In this document: positions 19,701-28,391 of the stretch, one piece after another
Layout: each line of letters begins with the position of its first letter
Numbering within the stretch: position 1 is the stretch's first letter
From: an uncultured euryarchaeote
GTDB lineage: Archaea > Thermoplasmatota > Poseidoniia > Poseidoniales > Poseidoniaceae
Direction: 5' to 3'
Length of the DNA stretch: 64,000 bases
Assembly: GCA_937899865.1 (NCBI GenBank)
Contig: CALBRH010000001.1
Coordinates: 32,001 to 96,000, forward strand
Translations under genes and position numbers: made by a program
Notes under the pieces: generated by a model
Told to the model about the DNA's origin: nothing
Database searches by the model: none
Seen by the model: the letters and a program-made list of their open reading frames with translations, nothing else

Positions 19701-20954
19701 ATGGCGGAGGCTGGTCCAATCAAAATCATGGGGGCAGGCCTGTCTGGTCTTGCTGCTGCGACTATATTGGCTAAAGGTGGTAGAGAAGTCCATGTTCATG
19801 ATATCAGAGATGATTCTGGAGCAAGATTTGATGGTGATTTCCAAGCCTTAGAAAATTGGAGTATGGATACAGACTTTTTTGACCAAATGAAGAGTTGGGG
19901 TTTTGACACAAGTGAATTTAAAGCAACTGAATTTAAGGTTGTAGATTTAATCCATCCCGATGACAAAATAACTCAAGCCAAGAGTCCAAAGATTGCTTAT
20001 CGAATTGTCGAGCGAGGTACTTCAGACCACACCATAGATCAAGGAATTAAGCGTCAAGCATTAGCCGCTGGAGTTAAAATTCACTACAAATCAAAGGTTA
20101 AGGAGGAAGACTGTCAGATAATTGCCTGTGGTCCAAAGGGTACATCAGCGGTTGCTTATGGTGAAATTTTTCACACCGAACATCCAAATCATATCGCATT
20201 CCAGTTGAATGACAAACTCGCTCCAGGCGCATACTCTTACTTGATAATCATCGATGGTGTTGGATTAATCTGTACTTGCCTTTGGCGTAAACAGAAGAAA
20301 ACTGACAGATTTCTCAATGAAACAATTGCTTGGTATGACAAACACTATCCTACACTAAACCGAAAACCAATCAAACGAGTTGGCGGCAAAGGCGATTTTA
20401 CAATCAACAAAAATTACTTTCAAGATGGCCGGTATTATGTCGGTGAATCTGGAGGGCTACAAGATTTCATGTGGGGTTTCGGAATGAGAATGGCAGTTTG
20501 GTCTGGTGTTTTAGCAGCTAAAGATATTCTTGGAGAAATAAATTATGAAACTGAGGTAAGAAAGCAATTATTACCTTATGTAAAGACAAGTGTAGCTAAT
20601 CGTTGGTTGATGAATCGTGTTGGAGATAAGTCATTTAAGATAATGTGTAATAGGTGGATGAAAGATCAAAAGAAGCGAAAAGATGGTCTTGTTTGGATTG
20701 GGAAATTATTCAGGCCAACTTTTTTGAAAGGCTTGATTTATCGGTTAGTCAATCCATTTATGCTGCGAAAAGATCCCAAATCAATGGGTAGAGGAGTTCG
20801 CAGAATGCCATTTAGAAAGGCTCTGAAAAGAGACGATTGGGAGCCCTCTAGTGAAGCGATGGCAGTGAAGGAACAATGGAATTTGATAAGGAAAGGTGGA
20901 GGAAAAACCTCCTTCGCAGAAGACTCTGACCAGATTTCTATTCCAAAAAGTTGA
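19701..20954 (+). CDS. NAD(P)/FAD-dependent oxidoreductase (geranylgeranyl-reductase-like)
   Basis: GAGLSGL FAD-binding motif and VGESGGLQDFMWGFGMR motif. Start at ATG 19701. Confidence 0.8.
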   Translation: MAEAGPIKIMGAGLSGLAAATILAKGGREVHVHDIRDDSGARFDGDFQALENWSMDTDFFDQMKSWGFDTSEFKATEFKVVDLIHPDDKITQAKSPKIAYRIVERGTSDHTIDQGIKRQALAAGVKIHYKSKVKEEDCQIIACGPKGTSAVAYGEIFHTEHPNHIAFQLNDKLAPGAYSYLIIIDGVGLICTCLWRKQKKTDRFLNETIAWYDKHYPTLNRKPIKRVGGKGDFTINKNYFQDGRYYVGESGGLQDFMWGFGMRMAVWSGVLAAKDILGEINYETEVRKQLLPYVKTSVANRWLMNRVGDKSFKIMCNRWMKDQKKRKDGLVWIGKLFRPTFLKGLIYRLVNPFMLRKDPKSMGRGVRRMPFRKALKRDDWEPSSEAMAVKEQWNLIRKGGGKTSFAEDSDQISIPKS

Positions 20955-20994
20955 ATGCGATTTATTCATAATGCTAGTCCGTCTCGGTTGACAC

Positions 20995-21861
20995 ATGAGC
21001 GACCTGTATGGATTAAAACTCGAGCCTATGCCAAATAAATTGGTAAATTATGGAGTCACTGAAAATGGAATTGCTATGATTGAACTTACCTCAAATTCAG
21101 CTGGTAAACCATTAGATGGCCCTAATGACCGTTCTCCAAATACTTACACGCATGAGATGATGCGTGATATTGATGAAGCAATTGTAAGGGCTCGATTCAA
21201 TGATGATGTAACTTGTATTGTGCTTACTGGTAACGGTGCATCTTTCTTTTCCGCAGGCGCTTCAATTCAAATGTTGAATTCTGTAACTCCTGGATTCAAG
21301 TACAATTTCTGTCTTCACGCTAATGAAACGCTATCAAGATTAGAACAAACATCAAAGTTGGTTGTTTGCGCTATCAATGGTCACGCAGTTGGCGGTGGAC
21401 TAGAAATTGCTATGGCTGCTGATATTAGAATTGCTAGAAAGAATTCTGGAAAGGTTGGACTACCAGAAATCAACCTTGGTGTACTTGCTGGAACAGGTGG
21501 TACAGCGAGACTTACTAGATTGATTGGCAAAGCAAAAGCTCTTGAAATGATGGTTACAGGCGAATTAATGTCTTTTGAAGATGCTCATGCATGCAATCTC
21601 ATCAACCATATTTGGGAAGGTTCTCCTGAAGATTTCAGAAGAGATATTCTTGACTGGTGTTCTCAATTTACTCTACCAAACAAGGCAGTTAAGGCTGTAG
21701 GAAATATCAAGCGTTCCTGTCAAACAGGTCCAGAAATTCCATTTGAGTACCACTTGGCACTTGAGCGTGAGTTACAAGCTGCATTGTTCAACAGTACAGA
21801 TGCTAAAGAGGGCATTGCAGCATATGTTGAAAAGCGTGTTGCTAACTTCACTGGAAACTAA
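20995..21861 (+). CDS. Enoyl-CoA hydratase/isomerase family protein (candidate BoxC-like ring-opening hydrolase)
   Basis: NTYTHEMM, FFSAGA, FCLHANETLSRLE, GHAVGGGLEIAMAAD and GLPEINLGVLAGTGG motifs. Confidence 0.88.
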   Translation: MSDLYGLKLEPMPNKLVNYGVTENGIAMIELTSNSAGKPLDGPNDRSPNTYTHEMMRDIDEAIVRARFNDDVTCIVLTGNGASFFSAGASIQMLNSVTPGFKYNFCLHANETLSRLEQTSKLVVCAINGHAVGGGLEIAMAADIRIARKNSGKVGLPEINLGVLAGTGGTARLTRLIGKAKALEMMVTGELMSFEDAHACNLINHIWEGSPEDFRRDILDWCSQFTLPNKAVKAVGNIKRSCQTGPEIPFEYHLALERELQAALFNSTDAKEGIAAYVEKRVANFTGN

Positions 21862-21877
21862 AACTGAGGTGGACTAG

Positions 21878-22801
21878 GTGGCAAAGTATCAAGTTCCCGC
21901 TGATGTGCCAGATGAGTTGATTGAAACTTTCATACAAAATATGGATGCGGCTACTGCTGGAACTGGAAAGATGAATTTGTTTGCCTGTGATCAAAAGATA
22001 GAACACTTGAATGATGATTTCTACGATGGAGATAATGAAATTCCATTGTCATCAAATGATCCTGCTCATCTTTTTGAAATCGGAAGCCGATGTTACAAAG
22101 AAGGCACTATTGGAGTTCTTGCTGGACAACTTGGTTTAATTTCTCATTATGCCAGAGATTATCCAGATGTCCCATACTTGGTCAAACTTAATTCAAAATC
22201 GCATTTGATAAAAACGTCGCAAAGAGATCCAATCTCCCAGGCATTATGGGATATGGATGATGTTATGTCACTAGTTCATAATGGCATTAATGTTGTTGGA
22301 ATTGGTTATACAATATATGTTGGAAGTGAATATGAACATGAAATGATGTCAGAGGCTGCTCAATTCATCCGTCAAGCACATGAATTAGGTATGGTTTCTG
22401 TAGTTTGGATGTACCCAAGGGGTAAAGCAGTTGCAGATGAAAAAGATCCACAACTTATCTCTGGTGCTGCTGGTGTAGCAGCTTGTATTGGGGCAGATTT
22501 TGCCAAGGTAAATTATCCAACAGAATACCCTGGTATGACTAGAGCAGAATCATTGGCAATCGCTTCACAGGCTGCTGGCCGAACTGGAATAATATGCTCT
22601 GGAGGTGGAACTTTGCCGCCAGAACTATTTTTGCAAAGATTGTGGGAGCAAATGAATATTGGAAATTGTCGTGGTGCGGCTACAGGAAGAAATATCCATC
22701 AAAAGAATACTGAAAGCGCGGTAAAGATGACTGCTGCTTGCCATGCGATAATTTGTGAAGGGGCTTCAGTAGAAGAAGCACTCAACATCTACAATTCGTG
22801 A
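21878..22801 (+). CDS. Class I fructose-bisphosphate aldolase (DhnA/archaeal type)
   Basis: ACDQKIEH, YLVKLNSK, VVWMYPRGK, Schiff-base region GADFAKVNYP, and GAATGRNIHQ. Confidence 0.9.
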   Translation: MAKYQVPADVPDELIETFIQNMDAATAGTGKMNLFACDQKIEHLNDDFYDGDNEIPLSSNDPAHLFEIGSRCYKEGTIGVLAGQLGLISHYARDYPDVPYLVKLNSKSHLIKTSQRDPISQALWDMDDVMSLVHNGINVVGIGYTIYVGSEYEHEMMSEAAQFIRQAHELGMVSVVWMYPRGKAVADEKDPQLISGAAGVAACIGADFAKVNYPTEYPGMTRAESLAIASQAAGRTGIICSGGGTLPPELFLQRLWEQMNIGNCRGAATGRNIHQKNTESAVKMTAACHAIICEGASVEEALNIYNS

Positions 22802-22816
22802 AGATGAGGTGTGGTA

Positions 22817-23863
22817 ATGGGTGTGATTCATCCAGATATCTGCAAAGCAGAAACCCTTCCATCAAATTACTATACAGATCAAAATATTTATCTTGAATTG
22901 TTGCAAAAATTCCACAGTTCATGGAACTTTATTGGACTAGAATCAATGCTTGAAGAAAATAGTATCATGCCAATTTCTATTGGTGAGACTCCTATGTTGT
23001 TGACAAAAACCGACTCGCAAATATATTGTGTTTCAAATGTTTGTACTCATAGGGGGATGATACTTTGTCAAGAAAATAAAACCACATCAACAATAACGTG
23101 TCCATATCATGGCCGAACGTTTTCTCTAAATGGTGAAATTAAGCATATGCCAAAATTTTCGGAAGTTGAAAATTTTCCTGCTGATAACGATAACCTTCCT
23201 AGTGCAAAGGTAGTAAATTGGCATGGGTTGCTTTTTGCTAATTTATCAGATAATGAATCATTTGAAGGATATATGAGTTCACTTGAAAGTAGGATGAGTT
23301 TTCTTGACTTTTCTAAACTCAACAGAGATAGTAGTTTAGACAGATTACATGAGTTGTCCGCAAATTGGATGTTATATGTTGATAATTATCTTGAAGGCTT
23401 CCATATACCCTATGTTCACAAAGGTCTCAATTCAGTTATTGATTATTCAAATTATGAAACAGAAGTTTTTGATAATGCAGTATTACAAATAGGATATGCT
23501 CTTGAAGGTGAAGAAAGCTTTGATATTCCATCAAGTCATCAAGACTATGGAAAAAATATTGCAGCATATTACTGGTGGGTATTTCCAAATCTAATGTTAA
23601 ATTTTTACCCATGGGGCCTTTCAATTAATGTTGTAATTCCTAATGGAGTAAGTTCTACTAAGATCGCCTATTATGGATTGATTTCAGATAATAGTAAATT
23701 CGGACTCGGAGCTGGCGGTAATTTAGATACTGTTGAAGAAGAAGATCAATGGATTGTTGAGTCATGTAACAAGGGGATGAATTCACCACTCTATCAAAGA
23801 GGTCGTTATTCACCTAGTATGGAGCAAGGAGTTCATCACTTCCACAGGTTGCTAACAGAATAA
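22817..23863 (+). CDS. Rieske non-heme iron oxygenase alpha subunit (choline monooxygenase-like)
   Basis: Rieske CTHRG...CPYHG, mononuclear iron site NWMLYVDNYLEGFHIPYVH, and EEDQWIVE. Confidence 0.92.
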   Translation: MGVIHPDICKAETLPSNYYTDQNIYLELLQKFHSSWNFIGLESMLEENSIMPISIGETPMLLTKTDSQIYCVSNVCTHRGMILCQENKTTSTITCPYHGRTFSLNGEIKHMPKFSEVENFPADNDNLPSAKVVNWHGLLFANLSDNESFEGYMSSLESRMSFLDFSKLNRDSSLDRLHELSANWMLYVDNYLEGFHIPYVHKGLNSVIDYSNYETEVFDNAVLQIGYALEGEESFDIPSSHQDYGKNIAAYYWWVFPNLMLNFYPWGLSINVVIPNGVSSTKIAYYGLISDNSKFGLGAGGNLDTVEEEDQWIVESCNKGMNSPLYQRGRYSPSMEQGVHHFHRLLTE

Positions 23864-23865
23864 AA

Positions 23866-24195
23866 TTACAATTTATCTTCTGCAGGGGTTCCTGTGGTAA
23901 CATTACCTTCTTGGTCAATAATAATTGGAGTACCTTCTTGCCACCCAGGGCAATTGCTGGAGACCCATGTTCTAGTTGCCCATTCACAGATATCGTATCC
24001 GCCAGATAGAATTCCAGATCTCTTGATGTAGCCGACCTTTACAATGTCTTTGTCTTTTGACAAAACATTCCCTAGTTGTTGGCTTGTGGTGCCGTGACGC
24101 ATCGTGCTGTTGATGTGTTCTAAGATCTCCGCAGTGTTTCGGGGTCGCTCGCCTAAAAATTTCTTAATTTTCTCTCTAATTCTAGTTGTTTTCAT
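23866..24195 (-). CDS. DUF3860-like small basic winged-helix protein
   Basis: RNTAEILEHIN..MRHGTTSQQLGNVLSKDKDIVKVG matches my recollection of the Thermoplasmatota DUF3860 family. Confidence 0.8.
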   Translation of the reverse strand: MKTTRIREKIKKFLGERPRNTAEILEHINSTMRHGTTSQQLGNVLSKDKDIVKVGYIKRSGILSGGYDICEWATRTWVSSNCPGWQEGTPIIIDQEGNVTTGTPAEDKL

Positions 24196-24204
24196 CAAAT
24201 TCAC

Positions 24205-24455
24205 TCTCTTGTCACGCAGCGCATATCCATTGAATATTTGCCACTAAACCACAGGACAGCGGTCGCTAATATAATAGTTCCTCCAGAATTGAGAGTTTGT
24301 TACATTTGGATACGAAATTAAGTGTAAAAAATGAACCATTTATGACTGGATGTAAGTAAAATCATACTTTTCCAGTGGAAATCTGTAACTAAATGTAACT
24401 AATAAGTATAATTATAAATAAAATTATAAGTTAATCACAGATAGCAGACTTTGAG
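24205..24455. other. Candidate chromosomal replication origin (oriC)
   Basis: Intergenic. ORB-core palindrome TTTCCAGTGGAAA at 24369-24381, several TTACA-type mini-ORB-like motifs on both strands, and a very AT-rich tract at ~24390-24435. orc1/cdc6 is about 5.7 kb away. Confidence 0.55.
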
Positions 24456-26981
24456 GTGACATTATTGTCCAAAAGTATCAGAATTAGAAGTCGTTATCAA
24501 AGACGAATACTAAACTGGTTACTTGATAATAGTGGTTCAGTATCTGAAATCTCAATGACATTGAATATTAGGACGCCCCATGCATCATTAGCATTAAGCG
24601 AACTAAGGAAAAAAAACCTTGTACATAGAGATGATTTACATGGAATTAGAGGTGCAGTACACAATATTACTGAATTTGGAAGGAAAGTACTGGAGGAAGA
24701 TCGACTTAGATTATACAAGAGATATGTAGCAAAAACCGAGCAAGAATATGACGGTATTGTTTTACAATCTAAAGACCATGAGTTACTACTTTGCTACCAT
24801 AAAAATCCTCCAAATTCATTATTTCCGCTGCCAATAGATCCATTTTCTGAAAATATTGATTCAATAAATGATTCCAGTGGAACAGATGGGGTGATTTGGG
24901 CATCAGTAGTTCCAGAATCTATCAAATGGTATTCAGCTGAGAGTTTAGAGCAAATTACACCTCCTAACGAACTTGGAATGGGTACACTTGATGCTTGGTT
25001 ACAAACAACAGACTCATTTGCTTTGGTAAGAGCAGTTTTATTCAAACCGACAAACCAATGGAATGTTCCGCCAGGAACAAAATTCAATACACCAAAATAC
25101 AATCAATCTGAAGTTCCTGAAATTTTGTCATCAGGTGACCACAACATTGGTAAAATCGTAGGCACAGATTTAGTAGTTTCATGGAATACTAGATTACATG
25201 CTCACTTGACATCAGAAATCGATATCAATTTGCTAATAAATTCCTTTTCAAATAATGCCTATGTTCTTAGAAAAAACCCAATTAAACCCGATGTGACTAC
25301 TCTGCCAATCGATAGTTTGTATGAGTGGTTGAAATTGCGTCACAAGAGATTGAGTGAAGAAAAACTCAGGGCAAAATTTGAACAAATAAAATCTGTAATT
25401 GATAATGAATCAATAAATTCTCTTAGTGTTCCGCTGCAGAAGGAAATCTCAAGAGATTTTGGCTATTGTGAATGGATAAATGAAACACCGGAGAATATTG
25501 ATATTTCTAATTTATCAATTGATGGAGTTAAGTCGATAATAATGTACTTGAGAATGACATACTCTACAGAATATGTTGTAGAATGGGATTGGGAAATAGG
25601 TTCAAATTCTGAATTTTTGAATAATATGATAAGAGAATCAAACTGCAGACTATTGGTTACAAAGTTAGGTTTGTCATCGGCAATAACTTCATCATTTGCA
25701 ACCTTAAATTCCTTACCAGATCTTGCCATTGCTAGATTAAATTTGTCAAATCAACATTCTCTAGACCTAGAGTTGACCAGTGATCATAACAAACAAGCAA
25801 ACATCGCTCATAGTTTAATTCCTAAAGATGCGATTGAATTATTGAATGCCTATGATTATGACTCATGGGATTTGTCAAAAATGACAAGTTCATCTGACGA
25901 TTTTGAGTTCAGGTCTCAAATTTGGCAAGCTCTAAACAAATATCCGTTAGGAGATGAAACTTGGTCTAATGATATTGAAACATCAAATCCCTTGGCAGCA
26001 TGGATTGCAACTCCAAATGAATTTCGCGAGAGTAGATGGATTAGAATTGCTAACAAACTTCGAGATAATTGGGCAGATTTGATGCAATGTGAAAATACAT
26101 CGCCTAAATTACTGGCATCCAGTATTAATTTGGCTAGTGACCAATGGAAGTTAGATGCAATAAAGCAAATCTCACAACACTTTCTTACAGATAACCAATT
26201 ACTGATTGAAATGAGAAAAGATGCATTAAATTCATCTCAATCAAGTGCTATCTCAACTGCTATTTTGCTAATTTGTGACAAATTACCAAATGAATTCTCA
26301 TCATATGTTAGGAGTGCTGTCGATGAATGGTTAGATTCTCCTCTGTTTGCTAATGATGTGTTAGAATCTTTGTTTAGAGAAAATAGTGAAGGAGACTTTG
26401 ATAGGTTTGTTGTCTATGATAAAGTTGCTTTAGCATCAAAGATACATCCTAAGAATTCAATTTTGTATAATTGGGGAAGATATGTCATGTGTTTGAAAAA
26501 TTCAGAACTCATTTCAAATGAATTAATGAGGGATTTTATCAGTCTATTACCCTTCCATTGGTGGTATGGTAATTCATCAGATTGGTTAGTTAGTCAATTA
26601 TCCAGTTCAGCAGGACGAAGATGGTTAGCTGAACAGCGAATACCTTGGCCCGGACTAATCTTTAGATTAGATGGAGAAATCTGGGGCCCACCTGGGTTTA
26701 GAAAGAAATTTGTAAGACAGATTCCAGCAAGCAATGATCTTTTATTTATTCCAATAATGCAAGATTGTGTTGCAAAAGACTACTTGATGGATACTTATGA
26801 TTTAGCGTCAAAAATCGAAGATTCCAATTTTAGAATTACAGCTCGAACTCATCCAAAAATAGGATTTTTGTTGCGGGAACTCAATGAATGGCCTGATTTT
26901 TCTGTCAAGATTATTTCTGAAGGTGATGCAACGATTGGCGCGTTAATTTTTGGCATTTCATACTACAAAAATCTGAATTGA
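24456..26981 (+). CDS. Large hypothetical protein with N-terminal winged HTH
   Basis: 841-aa ORF. N-terminal ILNWLLDNSGSVSEISMTLNIRTPHASLALSELRKKNLV...HNITEFG is a wHTH pattern. The true start may be TTG 24465, after GAGGTGA. Confidence 0.8.
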   Translation: MTLLSKSIRIRSRYQRRILNWLLDNSGSVSEISMTLNIRTPHASLALSELRKKNLVHRDDLHGIRGAVHNITEFGRKVLEEDRLRLYKRYVAKTEQEYDGIVLQSKDHELLLCYHKNPPNSLFPLPIDPFSENIDSINDSSGTDGVIWASVVPESIKWYSAESLEQITPPNELGMGTLDAWLQTTDSFALVRAVLFKPTNQWNVPPGTKFNTPKYNQSEVPEILSSGDHNIGKIVGTDLVVSWNTRLHAHLTSEIDINLLINSFSNNAYVLRKNPIKPDVTTLPIDSLYEWLKLRHKRLSEEKLRAKFEQIKSVIDNESINSLSVPLQKEISRDFGYCEWINETPENIDISNLSIDGVKSIIMYLRMTYSTEYVVEWDWEIGSNSEFLNNMIRESNCRLLVTKLGLSSAITSSFATLNSLPDLAIARLNLSNQHSLDLELTSDHNKQANIAHSLIPKDAIELLNAYDYDSWDLSKMTSSSDDFEFRSQIWQALNKYPLGDETWSNDIETSNPLAAWIATPNEFRESRWIRIANKLRDNWADLMQCENTSPKLLASSINLASDQWKLDAIKQISQHFLTDNQLLIEMRKDALNSSQSSAISTAILLICDKLPNEFSSYVRSAVDEWLDSPLFANDVLESLFRENSEGDFDRFVVYDKVALASKIHPKNSILYNWGRYVMCLKNSELISNELMRDFISLLPFHWWYGNSSDWLVSQLSSSAGRRWLAEQRIPWPGLIFRLDGEIWGPPGFRKKFVRQIPASNDLLFIPIMQDCVAKDYLMDTYDLASKIEDSNFRITARTHPKIGFLLRELNEWPDFSVKIISEGDATIGALIFGISYYKNLN

Positions 26982-27006
26982 TGCGATGGTTTCATTTATG
27001 TTAGCA

Positions 27007-27295
27007 TTGACAGTATAACGCCGCACTAGCAACATCGGGCAGAGCTACTGTGAAATTGCAATGAAGTTCGATACCAATGTGCGGTCCGCTATCGAAGACC
27101 AAAATGACCCTTAGGGGGATGATTTTTGGGGCAAAAGCGGTAAACCATTTGGTAGGTTATGGGTCCTTGTGTGACGTAAGGATGAACTCAAGACAACCAC
27201 CCTATCAAACAGCACGCCCCGGCACCGAGGGTCAGGCCTTGGAGCAATGCGATGAAATAGGCCGTTAGGAGCTGGGGCACAGCGCTGCTGTCCAA
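27007..27295 (+). ncRNA. Structured ncRNA candidate (~290 nt), possibly a divergent SRP (7S) RNA
   Basis: GC-enriched intergenic stretch. The 5' and 3' ends can pair (27007-27015 with 27286-27295). An Alu-like three-way junction lies at 27020-27085. Further helix 27217-27224 with 27271-27278. Strand is inferred from the Alu-like layout. Confidence 0.55.
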
Positions 27296-27301
27296 AGTAT
27301 A

Positions 27302-27331
27302 CTTAAATCGAAATCTTTAGTTTGATTTAAG
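27302..27331. other. AT-rich inverted repeat (terminator or regulator site)
   Basis: CTTAAATCGAA-N8-TTTGATTTAAG forms an 11-bp stem with one G-T pair, between the ncRNA candidate and the CoA gene. Confidence 0.35.
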
Positions 27332-27368
27332 CGATTAACTCAAAGGCCAATTTTGTTACAGGACTGCA

Positions 27369-28391
27369 ATGGCAACGGATGGCGGTTATACTTGTTGCCT
27401 GGTCGGGGGGACTTTCGATAGGTTTCATTCTGGACATAAATTATTGTTAAGTATGGCAATTTCTCGTGCTGAAAAGGTTGAAATTCATGTGGTTAATGAT
27501 GAATTAGCAAGTCGCAAATCATTATTTATTCAAGGTTATGAAGAAAGAGTTAGCACTATTCTTGATTGGTTAGAGGAAAAATCGATACATTCTGTAAAAT
27601 TGTTTCAATTAGATGATTCGTTTGGTCCAGCACCAGTTCACAAATCAGCAGATGCAATTGTTGCAACTCCTGAAACACTTGCAAATTGCCATGAAATTAA
27701 TCGAATTAGAGAATCTTCAGGATTAGCAAAACTATCGATTTTGGAAGTTCCACATATGTTAGATTTTTCTGGACAGATAATTAGCAGTTCAAGAATTAGA
27801 AGTGGAAAGATTGATTCAGATGGGAATCCATGGATAGATCAAGATAGACGTTCAAGTAGTTTGAAGATGGTATCAAGCCTTGATAGTGAATTAAAAACAC
27901 CGATGGGGACTTTGTTTAATGGACCTGAAGAGTTTCCAGAAATTGCTATGGGTGAAGCCTTAGAATCAATCGATAGAGAAAATAGTACAATCATCGCGGT
28001 TGGAGATGTATCGGTTGCAACTTTACTAGAGATGGGTTTCATTCCCGACATTGGAATTATTGACGGTATGACTAAACGCATTGAATTAGAAGAATCTCAA
28101 AAGATAGATACTACAAGTTTTGGTAATGAATTAACTGCCAAAAACCCGCCTGGTCACCTTACACCATCGCTAATTGATGCTATTGAGGAGGCTCTATCAA
28201 ATGAAGAATCCACTGTTATAAATGTTGATGGCGAAGAGGATTTAGCTCCAATTTTAATTCATTGTCTTGCTCCAATCGGTAGTGTTGTAATATATGGTCA
28301 ACCCAAAGTTGGTGTAGTTGTACAAGTTTCAAGCTTGGCTGTCAAAAATCGATGTCGTGATATTTTGTCAATGTTTGAGGTGGTTGATTGA
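27369..28391 (+). CDS. coaD: Bifunctional phosphopantetheine adenylyltransferase / GTP-dependent dephospho-CoA kinase (DUF359) fusion
   Basis: N-terminal VGGTFDRFHSGH (HxGH) and ISSSRIR. C-terminal ELKTPMG, AVGDVS, NPPG, VDGEEDLA and YGQP are DUF359 motifs. Confidence 0.9.
   Translation: MATDGGYTCCLVGGTFDRFHSGHKLLLSMAISRAEKVEIHVVNDELASRKSLFIQGYEERVSTILDWLEEKSIHSVKLFQLDDSFGPAPVHKSADAIVATPETLANCHEINRIRESSGLAKLSILEVPHMLDFSGQIISSSRIRSGKIDSDGNPWIDQDRRSSSLKMVSSLDSELKTPMGTLFNGPEEFPEIAMGEALESIDRENSTIIAVGDVSVATLLEMGFIPDIGIIDGMTKRIELEESQKIDTTSFGNELTAKNPPGHLTPSLIDAIEEALSNEESTVINVDGEEDLAPILIHCLAPIGSVVIYGQPKVGVVVQVSSLAVKNRCRDILSMFEVVD

Noticed and set aside
27077-27268. 63-aa ORF in the GC-rich intergenic region
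   Set aside because: No SD or recognisable motif. It lies wholly within a region better explained by RNA base-pairing.
27241-27270. Group II intron domain V or hammerhead similarity (ATGCGATGAAA)
   Set aside because: There is no complementary 3' arm for domain V, no CUGAUGA core and no RT gene.
27007-27295. RNase P RNA interpretation (CGGTAAAC, GGAGCAA, AAATAGG and GATGAA words are present)
   Set aside because: The words are in the wrong order, and the P4 elements GAGGAAAGUCC and ACAGAA..CGGCUUA are absent on both strands.
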